Of a stretch of 64,000 nucleotides of DNA, positions 29,577 through 37,645 are shown piece after piece (positions within the stretch are counted from its first letter, which is position 1; each line of letters starts with the position of its first letter). This stretch comes from an uncultured Dehalococcoidales bacterium (GTDB lineage: Bacteria; Chloroflexota; Dehalococcoidia; E44-bin15). A program made the position numbers and the translations under genes. The stretch lies in the NCBI GenBank assembly GCA_964443325.1, contig CAYUCL010000004.1, positions 5,885 to 69,884 of the forward strand. Direction: 5' to 3'. Under the pieces are notes generated by a model. The model searched no databases and was not told where the DNA came from. It saw only the letters and a program-made list of their open reading frames with translations.

Positions 29577-30669
29577 ACTGCACAGCACCTATCGGCTGAC
29601 CCTGGAGACCCTCTCACCTATTCACATCGGCTCAGGGAAAGGTGAGTTGCTCCTGGACTACGATTTCATTGTGGAGGGGAACCGTGCACTGGTGGTGAAC
29701 CTGGAACGGCTGCTGGGAGAGATAGACGACAAGAGGCTCAAAGCGGCAGGAGCGGATCCAAAGCTGAGTCTTCTGCTGGCCCCAGAAGAGATAGAGCGAG
29801 TCAAAGCCTATGAGATAGATATCGCCGCAGGGCACCCCGACCGGATTCGGGAGCATGTGAAGGATGCCTTCGACAAGCTTTACATTCCCGGAAGCTCGAT
29901 AAAGGGGGCGCTGCGCACCGCCCTGGCCTGGTCCGCCCACCACGGCGCACTAACGCTGGGCGGGCTGGGTGAGCGCAATGACCCCACAAAGGCCGATGAC
30001 TCGGTTGAGGCGGGAATATTCGACTACGATCCGAGAGACACCCATCGCGAACTGCTACGCGCTATGCGGTTAACCGACGCATACCCGCAGGACGGTGTCA
30101 TGCCCAGAGCATTGCCGGTTACCGTCTTTTCGCTTTACGGTCAGCCACCCTCTCTCAAACCAAGGGGAGAGCCAACTTTTTTAGAGGTGATCCCCAAAGG
30201 CACCACCATTGAGTCTACCCTGACTCTGGATAGATATGTTCTTCGGCCTGAACGCAGGGTACGGCGAATGTATCACTTTCGCAGGCGACACTTTTTCGAC
30301 CAGTTGGTGGAACGCTGCCGTGCATTCTCCGCAGAGATAGTTAAGCTCGAGCTTGACTTCTATAGCGATTGCGGCATCTGGAAGCTGCAGGGGTTCTACG
30401 AAACGTTGGCGAGGAGACAGGCAGCACTGAAAGATAGCGAATTCCTCCTGCCCATCGGTTGGGGCACCGGTTGGTTGGGCAAGACCCTGGGGACCAAGTT
30501 GACCCCAGGTGAGGTGAGCACGGTTGCCGAGACCTATCACCTGGAGAAGTGGCACGGCTCGCTATTCCCCAAAGTCTTCCCCAAGACCAGGCGGCTCGTT
30601 GGCGATGGGCAAGCTAGAGAACCTCTCGGCTGGGTGAGAATTAGCCTGCAGGGCCCCACCGGCCGTTGA
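29566..30669 (+). CDS. csm5: Csm5 (Cas7-group RAMP)
   Basis: YRLTLETLSPIHIGSG and LYIPGSSIKGALRTAL RAMP motifs. The likely ATG at 29566 overlaps the end of csm4. Confidence 0.8.
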   Translation: MSRELHSTYRLTLETLSPIHIGSGKGELLLDYDFIVEGNRALVVNLERLLGEIDDKRLKAAGADPKLSLLLAPEEIERVKAYEIDIAAGHPDRIREHVKDAFDKLYIPGSSIKGALRTALAWSAHHGALTLGGLGERNDPTKADDSVEAGIFDYDPRDTHRELLRAMRLTDAYPQDGVMPRALPVTVFSLYGQPPSLKPRGEPTFLEVIPKGTTIESTLTLDRYVLRPERRVRRMYHFRRRHFFDQLVERCRAFSAEIVKLELDFYSDCGIWKLQGFYETLARRQAALKDSEFLLPIGWGTGWLGKTLGTKLTPGEVSTVAETYHLEKWHGSLFPKVFPKTRRLVGDGQAREPLGWVRISLQGPTGR

Positions 30670-30780
30670 GCCTGCCTGGAAATAGCCATAAACGAAAGCT
30701 GGCTGCCATAAAGAACGCTAATAGTCACAAGGAGCGCCTGGTTCACTAATCCTCGACACTTTCTGGAGGTAACAAAACAA

Positions 30781-31623
30781 ATGCTGCTGAGCGCCATCAT
30801 AGCGCTACAAGCCCGCAAGGAAGCATTATTGCCCCCCTACCTGGGCAAGGCAGCACATGCGCTATTCCTTCGACTTGTGGCCACTACTGACCCCAACATG
30901 GGAGCAAAGCTACACGATGATAGTGAGGCCAAGCCCTTCACTGTGTCGGGCCTTGTGGGCCTGCCCAGGAGGAGCGCAACAATGCATATCAATGCTGGCC
31001 AGGTTTGCTTATTGCGCTTCACTAGCTATGAGGACGACCTCTCAAACCTGCTGGCGGAAAAGGTGTTGCCATCGTTGCCTCAGGAGTTTGAACTTGAGAA
31101 CGCCCTCTTTTCAGTCGAGGATGTCTTCATGCAAAGCGGCGCTCATCCCTTGAGCAGACAAACGTCATATCAGGAGTTAGCTCAAGGGCATCTGCTCGAT
31201 GCCAGAAGCGCCCCCACAAGAGTCAAACTCTTTTTCATGTCGCCTACTACATTCAGGTCGGGGGGGAAGAATATACCGTTGCCGCTTCCAGGATTGGTGT
31301 TTGGCAGCCTCGCCGACCGATGGAATGCCGTGTCGCCAATCACCATCTCCAGAGAGGTAAGACGTTACGCTGAGGAATTTGTGGCAATTTCCCAATGCCA
31401 GCTCAAAACACGTACGGTGGAAATTGCTGGAGGCAAACAGGTAGGTTTTATCGGTTCGTGCTCGTATGTCGCGCTGAGGCATGACGCATACTGGCGTAGG
31501 GTTATGAACCTGCTGGCGGAGTTCGCCTTTTACAGCGGCGTGGGCTATAAGACAACCATGGGGTTTGGCCAGACGTTCACCCACCGTTTCGCTGCAAAAC
31601 GCTCCACCTCGCAATCAAGCTGA
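30781..31623 (+). CDS. cas6: Cas6 crRNA endoribonuclease
   Basis: The C-terminal glycine-rich loop GVGYKTTMGFGQ matches the Cas6 GhGxxxxxGhG signature. 280 aa. Confidence 0.8.
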   Translation: MLLSAIIALQARKEALLPPYLGKAAHALFLRLVATTDPNMGAKLHDDSEAKPFTVSGLVGLPRRSATMHINAGQVCLLRFTSYEDDLSNLLAEKVLPSLPQEFELENALFSVEDVFMQSGAHPLSRQTSYQELAQGHLLDARSAPTRVKLFFMSPTTFRSGGKNIPLPLPGLVFGSLADRWNAVSPITISREVRRYAEEFVAISQCQLKTRTVEIAGGKQVGFIGSCSYVALRHDAYWRRVMNLLAEFAFYSGVGYKTTMGFGQTFTHRFAAKRSTSQSS

Positions 31624-31743
31624 GACTTGTTGTAACCTCACTATCAGCCCGGCAGCACAAACCACCAAGCAAATAAACCTCTAATCTTGTTAAGATATAT
31701 GAATGACATCTTCACGCTGTGCCAGGCTTGTCCCTAGAGAATT

Positions 31744-31767
31744 AGGGGCGTTCAATTGAACGCCCCT
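31744..31767. promoter_or_regulatory. Perfect 24-nt palindrome AGGGGCGTTCAATTGAACGCCCCT downstream of cas6
   Basis: Exact self-complementary sequence with no T-tract following it. It could be a transcript-end hairpin or a dimeric protein binding site. Confidence 0.4.
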
Positions 31768-32168
31768 ACAAACGCCACAGGTTTCAGAGAGAGTCAAGAG
31801 GGTCCCACACGCGCCACGTGTCATTGCGAGGAGCGGCAGCGACGAAGCAATCTGAGCGACGTATTACTAATAGATGAGCTTGCTTCGATGCCACTTGGTC
31901 CCTGTCCGCCTTGCGGATTCCGATACCCCGTTCGTCCTGAGCCTGTCGAAGGGTTTCCCTTCTAGCACAGATCAAGGTGTGTCCCTATAAGCACATCCCA
32001 GAGTGGGTGAAAAAAAATAACAAGTACGCTGCGAAGCAGATATCATAGGGATGGGGTAAGGTTTCATAAACGAGTACAGCCACTTGCCAATGTTGGTCGA
32101 AAGTGGTAGCATTTTGGTACCGCAAAATGGTGCATATAGCTTAGATTTCGCCACATTGTTGTCGTCAG

Positions 32169-32243
32169 GGGCTCGTAGCTCAGCGGCAGAGCGATCGGCT
32201 CATAACCGATTGGTCGTAGGTTCGAATCCTGCCGAGCCCACCA
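32169..32243 (+). tRNA. tRNA-Met (CAT), elongator-type (could alternatively be tRNA-Ile2)
   Basis: Acceptor GGGCTCG/CGAGCCC, anticodon loop CTCATAA, T-loop GGTTCGAATCC, CCA encoded. It lacks the initiator hallmarks. Confidence 0.8.
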
Positions 32244-32252
32244 CGAAATGGT

Positions 32253-32290
32253 CCCCCCTGACTTACAAGGGGGATTTTTTGTTTTTGTTG
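32253..32290 (+). terminator. Rho-independent terminator after tRNA-Met
   Basis: A CCCCCT...AGGGGG hairpin followed by TTTTTTGTTTTTG. Confidence 0.75.
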
Positions 32291-32572
32291 ACAACCATAG
32301 TTGCTTCATGATATATTCCTGAACGACTGATAAGCTCTCTTGTAGTTTTCCGTGAAGAGCTTCTTTACTCGTGGTCAGGTCATTTCGGCCAGACCCCATT
32401 ATTTTGGCGTGAAAGTGCGCCTCGGGGTCTGGCCTGTTCTTATCTACGATTGTGCTTGATTGCGCTTTATTTTTGCAGTAGCAATAGATTGAACAATATG
32501 GTAGTTTATGGTATAGTTTGGTATGAACATATTATATGACTATCGATTCATACAATGCAATAAGGGGGAGCG

Positions 32573-32827
32573 ATGACCAGAACTGTTAAAGTAACTCTGA
32601 GCTTACCACATGGATTACTTCGCTTTGCTGATGGATTGGCTGCCAGGGAAAAGGTTAGTCGCAGCAAATTCATAGCTGGTGTTCTACAGAAGCTGGCTGA
32701 CAATGAAGAGGAACGTCTAATGGCAGAAGGCTATCTGGCTATGGCAAACGAAAACCAGGAATTTGCCGAGACTGTTGTGCCATTGGTTGATGAAGTATTA
32801 TCGGATTGGAAGCGAAATGGCCATTAG
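32573..32827 (+). CDS. Ribbon-helix-helix (CopG/MazE-like) antitoxin
   Basis: 84-aa N-terminal RHH (TVKVTLSLPHGLLRFADGLAAREKVSRSKFI). The gene overlaps the mazF start. Confidence 0.65.
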   Translation: MTRTVKVTLSLPHGLLRFADGLAAREKVSRSKFIAGVLQKLADNEEERLMAEGYLAMANENQEFAETVVPLVDEVLSDWKRNGH

Positions 32828-33158
32828 CCGTGGTGAGATATACTGGGTAAACTGGAATCCGGGAAGGGGTAGAGAGCAGGTCGGCATACGACCTGCTCTC
32901 GTTATTCAGAACGATACAGGCAATCAATACAGTCCGACGACCATCGTTGCTGCTATTACTACAGCCCCAGTCAAGGCATATCCATTTATCGTGCCCATTA
33001 CAGCCTCTGAAAGCGGATTGCCGCAGGACAGCAGTGTGAATCTCTCTACCATATTGACTGTCTCGAGAGATAGACTGAAAGATAAGTGTAGTGAGCTCAG
33101 TGCCCAAAAGATGGCCGAAGTGAATGATGCGATCAACAAGAGCCTGGCACTGGATTGA
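32820..33158 (+). CDS. mazF: MazF/PemK-family endoribonuclease toxin
   Basis: RGEIYWVNWNPGRGREQVGIRPALVIQND...TIVAAITT fits the PemK/MazF fold. The ATG at 32820 overlaps the antitoxin by 8 nt; the tracked ORF begins 57 nt earlier. Confidence 0.8.
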   Translation, partial: AISRGEIYWVNWNPGRGREQVGIRPALVIQNDTGNQYSPTTIVAAITTAPVKAYPFIVPITASESGLPQDSSVNLSTILTVSRDRLKDKCSELSAQKMAEVNDAINKSLALD

Positions 33159-33250
33159 AACAAACGTAGTGTCGAGGTTTCGCTCGTTCGTGGTAGCAAT
33201 ATAGATATAAAGCCTGTCTGACTCTGCACACAAGGAGATAACAGCCCCTT

Positions 33251-33385
33251 GATCCGTGAGTCCGGATTCAAAAGAGTCGTATGTTAGTTGGTTTTTTCTG
33301 AGGCGTGAAGGTCCTTCTGTGAAGGATTCCTTCACCAAAGCTGAGGGAGAGGACTCCCTCAGTCCTCAAGAAGAATCCACGGATT
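33251..33385 (+). repeat. Dispersed ~130-bp structured repeat element, copy A (MITE-like or small RNA)
   Basis: About 90% identical to 41830–41960. Internal hairpins GTGAAGG..CCTTCAC and GAGGGAG..CTCCCTC, with short inverted termini (GATCCGTG … CACGGATT). Confidence 0.7.
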
Positions 33386-33473
33386 AAGGAGCCAATCAAG
33401 TATCGATAAGAGCGTTGTGTATGCTATAATACTGGTGTATCACGATGGAAGGGGGGACTATGGGTATTGAATC

Positions 33474-33800
33474 CTATAGTTGCCCCTTCTGCTTTTCAAA
33501 CTTCCATCGATCATAGTATATGAACATGATATTACATCTAGCAGCCTTCCTTAACAAATGAGAACAACTATCCTGTCGGCACGCTATAACCAATTTGAAT
33601 ATATCCACACTGCGCAAATAATCCACTAAACATGCTATATCTCCATCGCCTGTTATGACTACAGCCTTATGGTTATTGTTAATAATTATCATTGCGTGTA
33701 GAACTATCTCGGCATCACAATTCCCCTTGATTTTTCCGTCAAGCAATGGGAGCACAGTCTTGTAGACTAGAGTGTACTCATAATCTTTTATGTCACTCAA
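33474..33800 (-). CDS. NYN-domain (LabA-like) protein, probably a truncated fragment
   Basis: GNCDAEIVLHAMII...AVVITGDGDIACLVDYL matches the C-terminal half of NYN/LabA domains. It lies in an AT-rich region, and 108 aa is short for the family. Confidence 0.5.
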   Translation of the reverse strand: MSDIKDYEYTLVYKTVLPLLDGKIKGNCDAEIVLHAMIIINNNHKAVVITGDGDIACLVDYLRSVDIFKLVIACRQDSCSHLLRKAARCNIMFIYYDRWKFEKQKGQL

Positions 33801-33900
33801 ATAATATTGTCAACATTTCAAATTGATCCACTACCGGATTTTTGTTGTTGTTATTGACAGTCCCCCTACCCTAAATTAGAATGAGGTAAGACGGTGAAAG

Positions 33901-34602
33901 GTGAGCAAAGGAAGACAGCTATACGAGCTTCAAGAGGTTGACCTGGAGATAGAGGCGAAGCAGGAAGCTCTGTCTAACGTGCAGAGCCGATTAGGCCAGA
34001 GCCAGGCTCTTGATGAGGCTCGCGCTAATCTTGCTACACAGAAGAACTGCGTTTATGAGCTAAATGCAAGCCAGCGAGCTGGGGAGTGGGAGGTGGAGGA
34101 CCTGCGAACGAAGGTAGCCGATATAGAGCAGAAGCTTTATGGTGGCGCGCTGAAAAACCCCAAAGAGCTGGCAAGTCTTCAGGAGCAGGCGGAACATCTT
34201 AAAAAAAGACGTAGGGAAGAGGAAGATAAAGTACTTGACATAATGACTGAATTAGAGGCGGCACAGGCGAAATTAGCGATGATAAGCCAGGAGGTAGAAA
34301 GTTTTGAGAAAAGCTGGAAGGAGGAGCAGACCGAGCTTTCCAGGGAGCAGGATAGGTTGAGCACTAATTTAGCTAACCTTGAGCAGAAGCGAAAAGACCT
34401 CGGCTCAAGGATCGATGCAGCGAGCCTGAGGCTTTATGAAGAACTAAGGACAAAGAAACAGGGCAGGGCAGTGGCCAAGGTTGAACAGGGCATGTGTCAG
34501 GGATGCAGAATTGTCCTCCCGGTGAGAGAGTTACAGCGAGCAAGAGCAAGTCAAGAATTGGTGCAGTGTGGTAGTTGTGAGAGGATTCTTTTCGTGAGCT
34601 AG
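33901..34602 (+). CDS. COG1579-type coiled-coil protein with C-terminal C4 zinc ribbon
   Basis: Long coiled-coil region followed by CQGCRIVLP...CGSCERIL. Confidence 0.7.
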   Translation: MSKGRQLYELQEVDLEIEAKQEALSNVQSRLGQSQALDEARANLATQKNCVYELNASQRAGEWEVEDLRTKVADIEQKLYGGALKNPKELASLQEQAEHLKKRRREEEDKVLDIMTELEAAQAKLAMISQEVESFEKSWKEEQTELSREQDRLSTNLANLEQKRKDLGSRIDAASLRLYEELRTKKQGRAVAKVEQGMCQGCRIVLPVRELQRARASQELVQCGSCERILFVS

Positions 34603-34605
34603 GCG

Positions 34606-36018
34606 ATGAGAACGATTGGCTATTTTCGAGTAACCGAAGAGACTGGAAGGTCCCCCTCACTGGTGGAGCAGCAGGAGGGTTTTGCCCGCTTTTGCCAGGA
34701 ACGGGGTTACCAGCCGGTAATGACATTTGTTGATACGGGCTCAACAGGGAAAGTTGGCCGAACTCAGTATCAGCGCATGCTCAGCTACATCCGGAGGGAT
34801 GGAACGGACACTGTAGTTGTGGTGAAAAGTCTTAGCCACCTTCACCCCGACGTGCAGGAATTGATGTATCGCCTTATTGAAATTGATGCCCTCGGGGCAA
34901 AGGTTCTCTCAATCGATGAAGAGCTTGCCAGCCCCTTGGAAACGGTTATCCAGATTTGGTCTACCCGGCGCCAGAGTGGAATAAGAGGGGATGCTGTGAG
35001 GGAGGCGATGAAGCTCAGGGCAGTCAGAGGAAAAGGATTGGGCAAGCCACCCTATGGCTATAAGCTGGGTGCCGACAAGAGGCTGGAGATCGTCCCTGAG
35101 GAGGCAGCCAATGTAGAACTCATCTATCAGCTTTATGTTCAAAAAAACATGGGCGTGCGCCTCATCGCTCGATACCTGAATGAGCAGGGCATCACCACCA
35201 GAAGAGGTGGCCTGTGGAGCATCGTTGGCATCCGAGATATCCTGCGCAATCGGGCATATCTGGGGACATCCTCCCGTTTCGGCTTCAGGGTTCCTGACAG
35301 CCACCGACCGATAATCAATCATGAAACCTTCAACAAAGTGCAGGAACGACTTACCGCCAAGACAAAGCCAAGGGGTCGCGTCCAAAGGTCGCCCTTCCCT
35401 CTATCAGGTCTGGCTTACTGTGGATACTGTGGCAACAGGATGACCGGCGTGAACCGCAGTCAAACCTGGACAACGCTCAAGAAGGGAGGGAAGAGGAAGG
35501 GGGAGTATCGCTACTACCAGTGCCAGTCGAGAACTAATCAAAGCGTTTGCCAATACCATACAAGGAGAGCTGAAGATTTAGAGGGCTTTGTGCTCGGTAC
35601 ACTACGGAGTTATAACAACCTTGAGGCTCTGGTACAATTGACGAAGGTGCGTGATTTCAGTGACGAACCGTCAGAGCACACGCGGCTAGAGAGAAAGCTG
35701 AAGACTCTGGATCGAAAATTCCGAGATCATCTCAACCAGGCGACCGATGGTGCCATCCCCTTGGAAGAATTCCGTGTTGTGAGTGGGGATTTGATTTGGG
35801 AGAGGCGGCTTTTGGAGGAAAGGATCGCCCTTCTTAAAGCTGAAGCAAAGCAGGAGATAACCTCCGAGCACCGGAAGGATTATATGTTGGAGAAGCTAGA
35901 AGAGCTTCAAGAGCGATGGGACACCATGACCTCACCGGCAAGAAAAGCGTTGCTTCAGCATATAATCGAACGCATTGTTGTCTACGACGACCATGTGGAA
36001 ACTATCCTCAGGCTGTGA
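34606..36018 (+). CDS. Large serine recombinase homolog with substituted catalytic residues (probable pseudo-recombinase)
   Basis: Resolvase-like N-domain (GYFRVTEETG) followed by a recombinase domain (GKPPYGYKL) and a zinc ribbon (CGYCGNRM...CQSR). The nucleophile Ser is replaced by Thr, and the DRLGR motif is replaced by SLSHLHP. Confidence 0.6.
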   Translation: MRTIGYFRVTEETGRSPSLVEQQEGFARFCQERGYQPVMTFVDTGSTGKVGRTQYQRMLSYIRRDGTDTVVVVKSLSHLHPDVQELMYRLIEIDALGAKVLSIDEELASPLETVIQIWSTRRQSGIRGDAVREAMKLRAVRGKGLGKPPYGYKLGADKRLEIVPEEAANVELIYQLYVQKNMGVRLIARYLNEQGITTRRGGLWSIVGIRDILRNRAYLGTSSRFGFRVPDSHRPIINHETFNKVQERLTAKTKPRGRVQRSPFPLSGLAYCGYCGNRMTGVNRSQTWTTLKKGGKRKGEYRYYQCQSRTNQSVCQYHTRRAEDLEGFVLGTLRSYNNLEALVQLTKVRDFSDEPSEHTRLERKLKTLDRKFRDHLNQATDGAIPLEEFRVVSGDLIWERRLLEERIALLKAEAKQEITSEHRKDYMLEKLEELQERWDTMTSPARKALLQHIIERIVVYDDHVETILRL

Positions 36019-36025
36019 TTAGCCT

Positions 36026-36430
36026 ATGGCAAAACGCATAACCATCTATACCGACGGCGCTGCTCAGCCCAACCCAGGGCCTGCCGGCGTAGGCATCGTC
36101 ATCCTGAATGAATCAGGAGCGGTTATATTCGAGGCCTCGCATAGTATTGGCTACGCCACAAACAACCAGGCAGAATATAAAGCTGTCATCAAAGGTCTCG
36201 AGGAAGCAGCAAGGCTACGCGCAGAGCATATTGAGGTCAGGTCTGACTCAGAGCTTCTGGTGAAGCAGATCAAAGGCGAATACCGAGTAAAGAATCCGGG
36301 GCTGAAGCCCCTATTTCAGCAAATCCACCAGCTAATTATAGCATTTCCGTCTTTTTCTATCGTCCACATCCCCAGGGAGCAGAACAGAGCAGCGGACGCA
36401 TTAAGCCGCAAGGCATTGAGACGCAGTTAA
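36026..36430 (+). CDS. rnhA: Ribonuclease HI
   Basis: TDGAAQPNPGPAG, NNQAEYKAV and SDSELLV motifs, with catalytic D/E/D residues present. 134 aa. Confidence 0.85.
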   Translation: MAKRITIYTDGAAQPNPGPAGVGIVILNESGAVIFEASHSIGYATNNQAEYKAVIKGLEEAARLRAEHIEVRSDSELLVKQIKGEYRVKNPGLKPLFQQIHQLIIAFPSFSIVHIPREQNRAADALSRKALRRS

Positions 36431-36458
36431 TTGATTTGGCGTCGGTTTTATTGTAAAC

Positions 36459-36846
36459 TGAAGGTGGCCAGGTAAACCGGGTGACCGCTCCCCGATTATC
36501 GGGGGGAGGAAAGTCCGAGCTCCACCGGGCAGGAGGCTGGGTAACTCCCAGGCCCCGATAACGTGAGTTATCGGGGACGGAAAGTGCCACAGAAACACAC
36601 CGGTCGCCTTAGGCGACTAAGGGTGAAATGGCGAGGTAAGAGCTCACCGCCCCGGTGGTGACACCGGGGGCAGGGCAAACCCCCTCCGGAGCAAGACCAA
36701 ATAGCGGGGAAGAGGACGCCCGGCCTCGTTACAACCCCCGGGTGGGTCGCTTGACCCTGATGGTAACATCAGGGCTAGATAGATGGTCACCGCCCCAACA
36801 CTGTTGGGGTACAGAACTCGGCTTATAGGTTTGCTTGGCCGGCTCT
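36459..36846 (+). ncRNA. rnpB: RNase P RNA (bacterial type A)
   Basis: Conserved blocks GGAAAGTCCGAGCTCCACCGGGCAGG, AGTGCCACAGAAA, GGTAAGAGCTCACC, AGGGTGAAATGG and ACAGAACTCGGCTTA. P1 pairing GGCCAGG…CTTGGCC. Confidence 0.9.
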
Positions 36847-36856
36847 TATATATACA

Positions 36857-37645
36857 ATGGCGCATCAGATGTATTCAACTTACCCAATCGACGACCTCAG
36901 GACGAGATTCATCGGCCAGAAGACCCTCTACTATCCGGTTACCTCCTCCACTATGGATGTAGCAAAACAGGCGATAAGAGATGGTGCAAGAGAGGGTACC
37001 ATCATCATTGCAGACTACCAAACCTCCGGCCGAGGGCGTCTAGGCCGCAAGTGGATTACCTCTCCAGATGACAGTATTTTGCTCTCCATTATCCTCTACC
37101 CAGAGATGGAAGATCTCCGCCTGCTCAACATGGTCGCTGCTCTTGCTGTTGCCCAGAGCATTGAGAAGCTTACCGACCTCAAGCCGATTCTTAAATGGCC
37201 CAACGACGTCCTTATCGAGGGGAAAAAGGTAAGTGGTGCCCTGATTGAGAGCGATGTCCAGGGAGAACAAGCCAATTCCGCCATCGTGGGCATCGGGTTA
37301 AATGTCAATCTCGATCCATCATCGATGCCCGAGATTTCAGAAACCGCTACCAGCCTTAAGGAGATGCTTGGGCGGGATGTTTCCCGCCTGAATATACTCG
37401 AGTCCTTGCTTTGCGAATTCGAAGAGCTATGTCAGGCATTGCGCCACGGTGAGCCTATCCACAAGGAATGGCAACGGCGACTGGATACCATAGGCAGAGA
37501 GGTTTCGGTAAAACAGGGTAATGAGGTTTTGGAGGGCTATGCTGAATCGGTCGATAAGGATGGGAACCTGCTTCTGCGGTGCCCTGACGGCACCCTAGCA
37601 ACGATTATAGCCGGGGATGTCACGCTCAAAGCGAAGAGCTATTAG
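36857..37645 (+). CDS. birA: Biotin—[acetyl-CoA-carboxylase] ligase (group I, no HTH)
   Basis: GRGRLGRKW, KWPNDVL..GKKVSGAL motifs. Confidence 0.85.
   Translation: MAHQMYSTYPIDDLRTRFIGQKTLYYPVTSSTMDVAKQAIRDGAREGTIIIADYQTSGRGRLGRKWITSPDDSILLSIILYPEMEDLRLLNMVAALAVAQSIEKLTDLKPILKWPNDVLIEGKKVSGALIESDVQGEQANSAIVGIGLNVNLDPSSMPEISETATSLKEMLGRDVSRLNILESLLCEFEELCQALRHGEPIHKEWQRRLDTIGREVSVKQGNEVLEGYAESVDKDGNLLLRCPDGTLATIIAGDVTLKAKSY

Noticed and set aside
24654-32170. Expected CRISPR array near the cas genes
   Set aside because: I scanned the intergenic DNA around the csm operon (21.6–21.8 kb, 24.65–24.78 kb, 31.6–32.2 kb) for 25–40-nt direct repeats with regular spacing and found none. No array is called.
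32064-32399. 111-aa minus-strand ORF
   Set aside because: It overlaps the tRNA-Met gene and its terminator, so it is spurious.
32763-32819. N-terminal 19-aa extension of the tracked mazF ORF
   Set aside because: The conserved MazF fold begins at the internal Met (32820), which gives the classic short overlap with the antitoxin. The extension would run deep into mazE.
36357-36865. Three minus-strand ORFs (36357–36590, 36401–36598, 36644–36865)
   Set aside because: They overlap the RNase P RNA gene. The high-GC structured RNA produces open frames by chance.
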